64,000 nt of DNA from Bacteroidaceae bacterium (GTDB taxonomy: Bacteria > Pseudomonadota > Alphaproteobacteria > RF32 > CAG-239), in the NCBI GenBank assembly GCA_963641885.1, contig CAVIDY010000005.1, positions 931 to 64,930 on the forward strand. The letters run 5' to 3'. Both the position numbers and the translations under genes were made by a program. Position 1 is the first letter of the stretch, and every line of letters begins with the position of its first letter. The notes beneath the pieces are model-generated. The model saw only the letters and a list, made by a program, of their open reading frames with translations, was not told where the DNA came from and did no database searches. Below, one piece after another: positions 1 through 7,280 of this stretch.

Positions 1-262
1 ATGCTACATTTTGACCAAAGAAGAAGGCGGTCGTCATACTCCGTTCTTCTCAAACTATCGTCCGCAATTCTATTTCCGTACAACCGATGTAACCGGAACT
101 ATTGAATTGCCTGAAGGTACCGAAATGGTAATGCCAGGCGATAACGTAAAAATCACCGTACAATTGTTGCACCCAATCGCAATGAGCGAAGGCTTGCGTT
201 TCGCTATTCGTGAAGGCGGTCACACAGTTGGCGCTGGCGTTGTTTCTAAGATTTTGAAATAA
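1..262 (+). CDS. tuf: Elongation factor Tu, C-terminal part (5' end lies outside the window)
   Basis: Translation ...[38 protein letters not shown]...[23 protein letters not shown] matches the conserved EF-Tu C-terminal domain. A hairpin terminator follows. Confidence 0.97.
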   Translation, partial: CYILTKEEGGRHTPFFSNYRPQFYFRTTDVTGTIELPEGTEMVMPGDNVKITVQLLHPIAMSEGLRFAIREGGHTVGAGVVSKILK

Positions 263-285
263 TCTCGCCGAGTACGTTAAAAAAA

Positions 286-319
286 TCTCCCTTGTTCTTT
301 GGAATAAGGGAGATTTTTT
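286..319 (+). terminator. Intrinsic terminator of tuf
   Basis: Stem TCTCCCTT (286-293) pairs with AAGGGAGA (306-313), followed by a T6 run (314-319). Confidence 0.85.
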
Positions 320-381
320 GTGGCAGACAAACATTGTTTTTTTCTTTTATAAAAGAAAGTTGGATGACTTTTATAGTTATC

Positions 382-590
382 CTTGGCTTTGAGCGTCAGC
401 TCATTCGCCGAGGATCCAGAATTATAAAAGCAATACTATTAAAAGAGACAGACAGTATGTCCTCTCTTTTATTCTCCATCACGACCTAGAATGACGGGGG
501 CTGGGGACGAGGGAGCAGTATTTGTTGCAAGTTCTTTAAGCGGACAGACCATACTGGACACTCAGCGAATGAGCTGCGCTCAAAGCTAAG
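382..590. repeat. Element of about 210 bp closed by a 30-bp near-perfect inverted repeat (MITE-like element or structured RNA)
   Basis: Arm 382-412 pairs with arm 561-590, with one bulge (T396), one mismatch (C409/A564) and one G-T pair. A second inner helix pairs 453-461 with 547-556. The interior is AT-rich in its 5' half and G-rich in its 3' half (GGGGGCTGGGGACGAGGGAG). Confidence 0.5.
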
Positions 591-667
591 TATGACGAGT
601 CTTGGTGTTTTCAGCTTTAGAACTCAAAAACAATTGCAGACAATTTATAAAAAAAATCAATACATTT

Positions 668-702
668 AAAAAAAAGAAACCTCCGGAGAAATATACCGGA
701 GG
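668..702 (-). terminator. Intrinsic terminator on the minus strand with no annotated gene upstream
   Basis: Stem CCTCCGG (680-686) pairs with CCGGAGG (696-702). On the minus strand it is followed by TTTCTTTTTTTT, the complement of the A-run at 668-679. Confidence 0.75.
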
Positions 703-1057
703 AAAGAATTGTAAGGCTGATAAAAATATACCAGTGAAACTTAACTTCTTTTGCGAAACTAAAGAAAATAATTAAAATGGGACAGGCGATGCTCTAATCA
801 TAAAAGTCAATACTATATTTGAAATATAAATAATAACTTAAATGATGTTTAGAGCTCTTATCATGGTAATAGAATCTTAATATACATAGCAGCTTTAATG
901 GCTGATACAGATATAAACTCTATTTAGGACTACCTCTTATCATGGGCAAACAAATTAAGTTTAACTATAATTTATATCACTCATGGCCTATCTCTAGATT
1001 TTGCCCAGAATAAACGCCTAGGCTTAAAATTTAATATATTCATAATTATTTCTTTAT
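668..1057 (-). ncRNA. Candidate orphan transcript (sRNA or small-peptide mRNA) defined only by a promoter and a terminator
   Basis: The interval lies between the consensus-like minus-strand promoter (1064-1092) and the terminator (668-702). No ORF of 60 aa or more is present, and the longest ATG ORF I read is 20 codons. No known RNA family was recognised. Confidence 0.3.
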
Positions 1058-1063
1058 GTTCTC

Positions 1064-1092
1064 TTTATAACATAGAAAAAATCGGTTGTCAA
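1064..1092 (-). promoter_or_regulatory. Sigma70-type promoter on the minus strand
   Basis: On the minus strand: TTGACA (1092-1087), a 17-nt spacer, then TATAAA (1069-1064). Confidence 0.6.
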
Positions 1093-1150
1093 CGCTTTTT
1101 TGTATTTTTTTGTCACTTTTTTTAAAAATATTTAAACCACAAAGTTTTAC

Positions 1151-1179
1151 TTGACAAAAAACTATAAAATGGGTAAACT
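1151..1179 (+). promoter_or_regulatory. Sigma70-type promoter of the orphan gene at 1220..1900
   Basis: TTGACA (1151-1156), a 17-nt spacer, then TAAACT (1174-1179). This implies that the TTG start at 1151 in the ORF track is an artefact. Confidence 0.55.
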
Positions 1180-1219
1180 AAATAAGTTTTTGAATTATTT
1201 ACTATTAAAATTATTGTAT

Positions 1220-1900
1220 ATGAATTACTTTAAGAGAATGTACATGCAGTACATGGCTAAGAAAGGTAGGTTTTCTGAGGGAATTGTCATCAGCTTGTGC
1301 GAGGTTTACGAGTACGAGACTGAAGAGAAGAAAGCTTGGGAAGCTGAGATGGCGTGGAGTTTGCAATGGTGCAAGGCTGAAGGTCAAACTTCTGAAAAGG
1401 AGCTCCGCCGCATTCTGCGCATCTTCTTTGTTAACCATGCATTTGTGGACGACAAAATTGTTGTCCATATTTTGTCTAACCGTCACCGTGTGCTGCCATT
1501 GTTTATGGCGTGCCTGAAGAAGCGTAAAATGGCATTGACCAAAGAAGAAAGCAGTGTCATTTCTCAGCTTGCTGTGGAAGACTTTAAGCGCTTGTTCAAG
1601 CCTTTGCATCCGTGGATAGAAAAGGAACTTCTCTCGTCCGGCGATACCGCAAAAATCAAGTGGTATTGCCAGCGTTTTGTTCTTTCTTCTGATGCTGAAA
1701 TGCATCTTGTGTTGTTGGCAACGCAAAAGAACTATCGCGACGCAGATCGCCGAGATTTTGACTATGCCAGCTTGCTTGCGGGATATGTCAAAGCACATAA
1801 GTCTGCGTTTGACAATGAGTGCGCTTATGATTTTCTGCAAAAACAGGCAGGGTTGACGGATTTGAAAAAAATCGTTATGGCTCGTCGTTCTGACAAGTAG
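1220..1900 (+). CDS. Hypothetical cytoplasmic protein (orphan); start uncertain (ATG at 1220, 1238, 1244 or 1253)
   Basis: Long ORF with its own promoter and a downstream hairpin terminator. The antisense ORF 1211..1840 looks non-protein-like. No family was recognised. Confidence 0.6.
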   Translation: MNYFKRMYMQYMAKKGRFSEGIVISLCEVYEYETEEKKAWEAEMAWSLQWCKAEGQTSEKELRRILRIFFVNHAFVDDKIVVHILSNRHRVLPLFMACLKKRKMALTKEESSVISQLAVEDFKRLFKPLHPWIEKELLSSGDTAKIKWYCQRFVLSSDAEMHLVLLATQKNYRDADRRDFDYASLLAGYVKAHKSAFDNECAYDFLQKQAGLTDLKKIVMARRSDK

Positions 1901-1910
1901 AACTATTAAA

Positions 1911-1941
1911 GCGGTATCTTATCAAAAGATACTGCTTTTTT
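1911..1941 (+). terminator. Intrinsic terminator
   Basis: A 10-bp stem pairs 1911-1920 with 1926-1935 (one G-T pair), with loop ATCAA and then a T6 run. Confidence 0.8.
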
Positions 1942-2008
1942 GTTTGACTTTTTGTTAAATTTGTCTATACTAAAAACATCGATTTATTATTAACTAAATT
2001 TTATTTTT

Positions 2009-2464
2009 ATGACAGATTTTGAACAGTTACTTTTGGCAAAAGGTGATGCTGACTTAATTTGCTCTTTTGTTATAGATTACCCCGAAATTCTTAGCGATGA
2101 TTTTAAAAGTGTCTTTGATTCATATATTGAGGAGGCTAAAAATCGTTTCGCTGCAAAAGAAAAAATGGCATTGTCTAACCTCAAAAACGGCAGCAAACAG
2201 AATCATCAAACGTCTCAAATTGCCAAGCCGGATATTGTCGGCAAGCAAATGAGTATTACTGATTTGCTGAAATATCATGAAGGGGACGAGCATATAAAGA
2301 CGCGTATCCTTTCATGTATGATATGGAACGATGTTTATACGGTGGAAGATTTGCTGGAAGAAGGCAGACATGGTTTGTCGCGAATGCGAATGATGGGAAA
2401 AACGTCAATAGCTGTTTTGGAAGAATGCTTAGGCAAAATTGGTTACAGACTTAGTGACCATTAA
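2009..2464 (+). CDS. Small protein with an RNA polymerase alpha C-terminal-domain-like helix-hairpin-helix module
   Basis: The C-terminal 70 aa, SITDLL..TRILSCMIWNDVYTVEDLLEEGRHGLSRMRMMGKTSIAVLEECLGKIGYRL, follow the alphaCTD pattern (VRxxNCLxxxxIxxxGDLxxxxxxELxxxxNxGxKSxxEIxxxLxxxGLxL). The N-terminal half is unassigned. Confidence 0.6.
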   Translation: MTDFEQLLLAKGDADLICSFVIDYPEILSDDFKSVFDSYIEEAKNRFAAKEKMALSNLKNGSKQNHQTSQIAKPDIVGKQMSITDLLKYHEGDEHIKTRILSCMIWNDVYTVEDLLEEGRHGLSRMRMMGKTSIAVLEECLGKIGYRLSDH

Positions 2465-2530
2465 ATGCAAAAAATCTCGTTATCTTTGGATGGCGGGACT
2501 TTTTTGTAAGACGTGTTAAAATAAAAAGTA

Positions 2531-2558
2531 TTGACAAAAAATACTGAAGTGCTAATAT
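2531..2558 (+). promoter_or_regulatory. Sigma70-type promoter
   Basis: TTGACA (2531-2536), a 16-nt spacer, then TAATAT (2553-2558). Confidence 0.55.
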
Positions 2559-2601
2559 ATTCTTCTAAAGGTTGTTATTTTGTTCAATTAAATTGTTGCG
2601 T

Positions 2602-2961
2602 ATGAGAAGGATTATTATCGTGATGTTAATCATTTTAGGGTTGGCATCGTGTTCAGAAAATATTTCGCATCAAGATGGTGAAGTTTATACCATCGAAGAT
2701 GTGACAGCTACTTCAACAGATATAACTTTAAAGTTTGAGGGCGTGACTGAGCCTCAAACATTTTCTGTTGAGGCTTGTCAAGACAGTGAAAACTATCCGG
2801 TCTATAAAAAAGGTGACGTGGTGGAGATTGAAAATTCTCGTCTTAGCCATGTGCAATCTCATAATATTTGGGCAATTATTGTTCCTTTGTGGGTTTGCGT
2901 CGTCATCATTTTTATAGGTGGTCTGATTTCGTATCTTGGACGTTTAGTAATGAACAGTTAA
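2602..2961 (+). CDS. Small lipoprotein with a C-terminal transmembrane helix (hypothetical)
   Basis: From ATG 2602 the protein reads MRRIIIVMLIILGLASC, a signal peptide with a lipobox. The C-terminal hydrophobic stretch is IWAIIVPLWVCVVIIFIGGLISYLG. The TTG start at 2572 in the track is unlikely. Confidence 0.6.
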   Translation: MRRIIIVMLIILGLASCSENISHQDGEVYTIEDVTATSTDITLKFEGVTEPQTFSVEACQDSENYPVYKKGDVVEIENSRLSHVQSHNIWAIIVPLWVCVVIIFIGGLISYLGRLVMNS

Positions 2962-2976
2962 TTTTTTACATAGTAT

Positions 2977-3009
2977 AAAAAAGGAGTGTTGAAAAATGCT
3001 CCTTTTTTG
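2977..3009 (+). terminator. Intrinsic terminator
   Basis: AAGGAG(T) at 2981-2987 pairs with (G)CTCCTT at 2998-3004, followed by a T-run. Confidence 0.75.
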
Positions 3010-3022
3010 TTTTAAAAAGATG

Positions 3023-3051
3023 TTGACAAATGCCGATATTTTAAGTATAAA
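3023..3051 (+). promoter_or_regulatory. Sigma70-type promoter upstream of ffh
   Basis: TTGACA (3023-3028), a 17-nt spacer, then TATAAA (3046-3051). This leaves a leader of roughly 125 nt that contains a hairpin, CGTCAG..GCGA-GGTT-TCGC..CTGACG. Confidence 0.55.
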
Positions 3052-3184
3052 CATAGCAAATTTAGTGAATTTTTACCCATGTAGTCGTAAAAAATTCAAG
3101 CTCCGAGGAGTCCGTCAGCCAGCGAGGTTTCGCACACTGACGTAAATTTGTTTGTATTAACAAGGTGATAAAGGTAAAACAGAA

Positions 3185-4567
3185 ATGTTTGAAAATTTGA
3201 CCGATAAGCTGAGCCAAGCTTTTTCTAAGATAACCTCCAGAGGAGTGCTGTCAGAAAAAGATATTGACGACGCTATGCGTGAAATCCGCGTGGCGCTGCT
3301 TGAAGCCGATGTTTCGCTGCCGGTGGTCAAAAACTTTATTGCCAAAGTAAAAGAACAAGCCTTGGGCGAAAAGGTGGTTAAATCTGTGCAGCCGGGGCAA
3401 ATGGTTGTCAAAATCGTGCATGACGAACTGGTAAAACTGCTGGGCGACGGCGATGAAAGCTTAAACTTTAACGCTCCGGCTCCGGTTTGTTTTTTGATGG
3501 TTGGTCTGCAAGGTTCGGGTAAAACCACCACAACCGCTAAAATTGCCGCTAAGCTAAAGAAAAATAAACGTATTTTGCTGGCTTCGTTGGACGTATACCG
3601 TCCGGCGGCGCAGGAGCAATTAGCGCAGCTCGGCAAGCAAATCAGTGTTGATACGCTGCCGATTGTTGCCGGAGAAAAGCCGCTTGAAATTACTAAACGC
3701 GCTTTGTCAGAAGCCAAAAAAGGCGTGTATGATTTACTGATTTTGGATACGGCAGGTCGTTTGCAGATTGACGATATTTTAATGCAGGAAGTTGCCGAAG
3801 TTAAAAAGCTGGCGCAGCCGGTTGAAACTTTGCTGGTAGCAGATGCTTTAATCGGTCAGGAAGCTTGCAATGTGGCTAAAGAATTTAACGACAAAATTGG
3901 TATTACCGGTTTGGTTCTGACCCGCATAGATGGTTCGTCCCGCGCCGGCGCCGCTCTTTCTATGAAAATGATTTCCGGTGCTCCGGTAAAGTTTTTGGGA
4001 ACGGGCGAAAAAATCGATGAATTGGAAGAGTTTCATGCTGACCGCATAGCCGGACGTATTTTGGGGCAGGGCGACGTGGTTTCTTTGGTGGAAAAAGCCA
4101 TTGAAAACGTTGATAAAGCCGAAGCTGAAAAAATGGCTGGCAAAATGCTTAAAGGCTCGTTTGACTTAAATGATATGCTTGAGCAAATGCGGCAGATAAA
4201 AAAATTGGGCAGTATCGGCAGCATTATCGGTATGCTTCCGGGGCTGTCTAAGTATAAATCTCAGATTGAAGAGTCCGGCATGTGCGACAATCTGATGAAA
4301 AAACAGGAGGCAATCATTCTCTCAATGACAAAAAAAGAACGCTTGAATCCTGATTTGATAAAAGCATCTCGCAAGAGAAGAATCGCACAGGGCGCCGGAG
4401 TAACTGTTCATGATGTGAATGTTTTGCTCAAATCATACGAGCAAATGTCCGGCATGATGAAAAAAATGGGCAAGTTCGGCTCTTTGTCGGCAATGTCTAA
4501 AATGTTTAAGGGAAACCCAATGGGCGGCATGCCGTTCGGCGGATTTAACAAAAAGTTTCCGTTTTAA
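3185..4567 (+). CDS. ffh: Signal recognition particle protein Ffh
   Basis: N, G and M domains are present: GLQGSGKTTT P-loop, DTAGR, and a Met-rich C-terminus (MSGMMKKMGKFGSLSAMSKMFKG). Confidence 0.97.
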   Translation: MFENLTDKLSQAFSKITSRGVLSEKDIDDAMREIRVALLEADVSLPVVKNFIAKVKEQALGEKVVKSVQPGQMVVKIVHDELVKLLGDGDESLNFNAPAPVCFLMVGLQGSGKTTTTAKIAAKLKKNKRILLASLDVYRPAAQEQLAQLGKQISVDTLPIVAGEKPLEITKRALSEAKKGVYDLLILDTAGRLQIDDILMQEVAEVKKLAQPVETLLVADALIGQEACNVAKEFNDKIGITGLVLTRIDGSSRAGAALSMKMISGAPVKFLGTGEKIDELEEFHADRIAGRILGQGDVVSLVEKAIENVDKAEAEKMAGKMLKGSFDLNDMLEQMRQIKKLGSIGSIIGMLPGLSKYKSQIEESGMCDNLMKKQEAIILSMTKKERLNPDLIKASRKRRIAQGAGVTVHDVNVLLKSYEQMSGMMKKMGKFGSLSAMSKMFKGNPMGGMPFGGFNKKFPF

Positions 4568-4608
4568 GCGGAAGTTATGGTTTGTAACAAAGAAAGGAAA
4601 ATTATAAA

Positions 4609-4980
4609 ATGTCAGTACGTATCAGACTCTCTCGCAGTGGTTCTAAAAAACGTCCTTATTACCGTATCGTTGCAGCTGATCAAAGAGCTCCTCGCGATGG
4701 TAGATTTATTGAAAAATTGGGTTCTTACAATCCGTTGCTGCCTCAAGATCACGAAGCAAGATTGGTTGTAGACAAAGAAAAAGTTGCCGCTTGGTTGGCA
4801 AAAGGCGCTCAGCCGACAGACAGATTGCAAAAATTGTTTGCAAACTTGGGTTTGTGCGAAGCTCCAAAAATTGTTCCGCAGCCTAAAAAATCTGCTCCAA
4901 AAGCAAAAGCTGTTGAAAGAATGAAAGAAAAAGAAGCTAAAGCTGCCGCTGCTGCTGAAGCTGCTTCTTCCGCTGAATAA
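4609..4980 (+). CDS. rpsP: 30S ribosomal protein S16 with an Ala/Lys-rich C-terminal extension
   Basis: [42 protein letters not shown] is the S16 signature. The ffh-rpsP-rimM-trmD-rplS gene order is conserved. Confidence 0.97.
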   Translation: MSVRIRLSRSGSKKRPYYRIVAADQRAPRDGRFIEKLGSYNPLLPQDHEARLVVDKEKVAAWLAKGAQPTDRLQKLFANLGLCEAPKIVPQPKKSAPKAKAVERMKEKEAKAAAAAEAASSAE

Positions 4981-5034
4981 TTTTCAGCAATGTAACAATT
5001 AGGTAGTTATTTTGAGCCTTAGATTGGAACTTTG

Positions 5035-5583
5035 ATGACTGAAAAACGCGTATGTCTTGGAAAAATTGTTGCCGCACATGGTTTGCGCGGCGAGGTGAAA
5101 GTTCATAGCTACACCGATAATCCGGCCGATATTGATAAATATGGTTTGGTCGAAGATAAAGAGGCTGCGCATAAATTCAAAGTCAAAGCGGTTGGTCCGC
5201 ACAAAGAGGTTATGCGCCTGAAAATAGAAGGCGTAAATGACCGCAACGCTGCCGAAGCATTGATTGGCACAGAATTATATGTCAACCGCGATGTTTTGCC
5301 ACAGCTGCCGGAAGAAGAATATTATTTAAGCGATATTGTCGGCTTAAAAGTATATCTTAACTCTTTGGATAAGGAAATTGGCACGGTTGCGCGTTTCAGC
5401 AACTTTGGCGCCGGCGAGATTATAGAAATAAAATTGCCGCACCGCAAAGAAACCGAAATGCTGCCGTTTACCAAGCAGTATGTACCGACTATCAATCTGG
5501 AAGAAGGTTATATTATTGTTTCGTCTGCGACGATGATTTTTGCTGATGATGACAGCGGGGAAGAAGATGGCGCTGAATGTTAA
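5035..5583 (+). CDS. rimM: 16S rRNA processing protein RimM
   Basis: The motif LGKIVAAHGLRGEVKV and the conserved operon position support the call. Confidence 0.9.
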   Translation: MTEKRVCLGKIVAAHGLRGEVKVHSYTDNPADIDKYGLVEDKEAAHKFKVKAVGPHKEVMRLKIEGVNDRNAAEALIGTELYVNRDVLPQLPEEEYYLSDIVGLKVYLNSLDKEIGTVARFSNFGAGEIIEIKLPHRKETEMLPFTKQYVPTINLEEGYIIVSSATMIFADDDSGEEDGAEC

Positions 5584-6244
5584 AATTCTGACCATTTTTC
5601 CGGAAATTTTCCCCGGATTTTTGGGAACGTCCTTAACCGGACGCGCCTTAAAAGACGGAATTTGGAATTTAGAAGCTGTCAATATCCGCGATTACGCGTT
5701 TGATAAGCATGGTTCGGTTGATGACACTCCATGTGGCGGCGGTGCCGGAATGATTATGCGTCCCGATGTGTTGGGCAATGCGATTGACCACAATTACAGC
5801 GGGGGTAAAATCATCTATATGAGCCCAAGGGGGCAGGTGCTGACGCAGCAAAAAGTGCATGAATTGAGCAAAGAAGATAATTTAACGATTATCTGCGGTC
5901 GGTTTGAAGGAATTGACGAGCGGGTTCTGGAAGAATACAACATCGAAGAACTCAGTATCGGCGATTATATTTTGACCGGCGGCGAGCAGGCGGCAATGAT
6001 AATGCTTGACGCGGTTGTTCGGCTTTTGCCGAATGTGCTGGGTAATGCGGCGTCCACAGAAAACGAAAGTTTTGAAAACGGTTTACTGGAATATCCGCAA
6101 TATACCCGCCCCAAAGAATGGAAAAACCGCAAAGTACCGGAAGTTCTCTTGAGCGGTCATCACGAAAACGTGGCTAAATGGCAAAAAGAGAAGGCTCTGC
6201 AAATAACTAAAGAAAGACGTCCGGATCTGTTAGAAAAAGCTTGA
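5567..6244 (+). CDS. trmD: tRNA (guanine37-N1)-methyltransferase TrmD
   Basis: ILTIFPEIFPGFLGTSLTGRA..., GGGAGMIM and RFEGIDERV motifs are present. The start is set at ATG 5567, behind GGGGAAGAAG, and overlaps the rimM end. Confidence 0.95.
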   Translation: MALNVKILTIFPEIFPGFLGTSLTGRALKDGIWNLEAVNIRDYAFDKHGSVDDTPCGGGAGMIMRPDVLGNAIDHNYSGGKIIYMSPRGQVLTQQKVHELSKEDNLTIICGRFEGIDERVLEEYNIEELSIGDYILTGGEQAAMIMLDAVVRLLPNVLGNAASTENESFENGLLEYPQYTRPKEWKNRKVPEVLLSGHHENVAKWQKEKALQITKERRPDLLEKA

Positions 6245-6299
6245 TTTTAGACAGATTTGGGTTTATAAGGTAACAAATTAACAAATAAAGGTAAAACTA

Positions 6300-6689
6300 A
6301 TGAACATTCTTGAAAATATTGAAAAAGAGCAAATTGAAAAGCTCATGGAAGGCAAAAATATGCCGACATTTAAGCCAGGTGATACTTTGCGCGTTCATAC
6401 TAAAGTAAAAGAAGGTGATCGTGAACGTATCCAAGTTTATGAAGGTGTATGCATTGCTCGTAAAAACGACGGTTTGAACTCTTCTTTCACAGTTAGAAAA
6501 ATCTCTTTCGGTGAAGGTGTAGAACGTGTATTCCCGTTGTATTCTCCAAACGTAGCAAAAATTGAAGTATCTCGTATCGGTAAAGTTCGCCGTGCGAAAT
6601 TGTACTTCTTGCGCGCTTTGCGTGGTCGTTCTGCTCGTATTGCCGACGATTTGTCAGTATCTGTTAAAGACGCTAACGCTGGTAAATAA
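6300..6689 (+). CDS. rplS: 50S ribosomal protein L19
   Basis: The segment [33 protein letters not shown] is typical of L19. Confidence 0.97.
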   Translation: MNILENIEKEQIEKLMEGKNMPTFKPGDTLRVHTKVKEGDRERIQVYEGVCIARKNDGLNSSFTVRKISFGEGVERVFPLYSPNVAKIEVSRIGKVRRAKLYFLRALRGRSARIADDLSVSVKDANAGK

Positions 6690-6706
6690 TTTACGGTAAA
6701 ATTTAT

Positions 6707-6747
6707 AAAACCGCTTGAAATTGTTTTTATGTTTCAAGCGGTTTTTA
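6707..6747. terminator. Bidirectional intrinsic terminator between rplS and the MerR-family gene
   Basis: An 11-bp stem, ACCGCTTGAAA (6710-6720) with TTTCAAGCGGT (6732-6742), is flanked by an A-run and a T-run. Confidence 0.85.
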
Positions 6748-6765
6748 GTGTATAAACAGCAATAA

Positions 6766-7164
6766 TCAGCTGCTAAACTTTTTCATAGCTTTTTCAAAGC
6801 TGCCTTGCTTTACGGCTTCTTCATAAAGACGGACTTTATAGTCAATTTTTTTCAAATATTTTTGAAATTGCTCAATCTGTGCCAAAACTTTAATCTGTTG
6901 CTGCTTAAACATTTCCAAACGCTGGGGCAGGGTGGAATCGCCTTCGCGGAACCAGTCAATATATTGCTTAATTCCTTTAAGCGGCATACCGGTTTCTTTC
7001 AGGCATTCAATAATAGAAAGCCAGCCTAAATCATTGTCCGAGAACATACGCAAGCCGGAACTGCTTTTGTGCACAAACGGCAGCAAGCCTTCCTTTTCAT
7101 AATAACGCAATGTATGAACGGTTAGTCCAGTTTTGGCGGCAACTTGCCCGATGGAATAATACAT
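6766..7164 (-). CDS. MerR-family transcriptional regulator, NmlR/AdhR-like
   Basis: The N-terminal HTH is YSIGQVAAKTGLTVHTLRYYEKEGLL. A single conserved Cys sits in WLSIIECLKETG, and a coiled-coil dimerisation helix follows. The gene is divergent from a promoter with a 19-bp spacer. Confidence 0.85.
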   Translation of the reverse strand: MYYSIGQVAAKTGLTVHTLRYYEKEGLLPFVHKSSSGLRMFSDNDLGWLSIIECLKETGMPLKGIKQYIDWFREGDSTLPQRLEMFKQQQIKVLAQIEQFQKYLKKIDYKVRLYEEAVKQGSFEKAMKKFSS

Positions 7165-7216
7165 CTTTAAATTCTCCGTAAATTAAATATTTTTTTGTGT
7201 ATCTTTCAAAAAAGTC

Positions 7217-7247
7217 TTGACTTAGAGTAAACTCTAAAGATTAGACT
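7217..7247 (+). promoter_or_regulatory. MerR-type promoter and operator (19-bp spacer with a dyad)
   Basis: TTGACT (7217-7222), a 19-nt spacer, then TAGACT (7242-7247). The spacer contains the dyad TTAGAGT-aa-ACTCTAA (7222-7237). Confidence 0.75.
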
Positions 7248-7280
7248 GTCAAGTGTTAAAGAAAAAATTAAGGAGGAAAA

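Noticed and set aside
382-590. Retron msr/msd, because flanking inverted repeats enclose a structured non-coding region.
   Set aside because: No reverse transcriptase ORF exists anywhere nearby. The next genes are unrelated orphans on the same strand with their own promoters.
489-600. Possible tmRNA, either standard or the alphaproteobacterial two-piece form, suggested by GGGGCTGGGGACGAGGGA, which resembles the tmRNA 5' end GGGGCTG...CGACGGGA.
   Set aside because: There is no T-arm (GGTTCGA-type) and no ...CCACCA acceptor end upstream or downstream. There is no tag reading frame ending in an Ala-Ala stop. The G-rich stretch sits inside the large inverted-repeat element instead.
1211-1840. 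A 209-aa minus-strand ORF opposite the 1220..1900 gene.
   Set aside because: The promoter (1151-1179) and terminator (1911-1941) are both oriented for the plus strand. The plus-strand protein has more natural composition, and the minus ORF has no RBS.
3060-3184. SRP (4.5S) RNA gene or another known RNA immediately upstream of ffh, suggested by the hairpin CGTCAG-CCA-GCGA-GGTT-TCGC-ACA-CTGACG with a symmetric internal loop.
   Set aside because: It lacks the conserved domain IV features: the GNRA/GGAA tetraloop and the AGCA and GGUCC-type loop motifs. It is better read as a leader hairpin of the ffh mRNA, and no function can be assigned.
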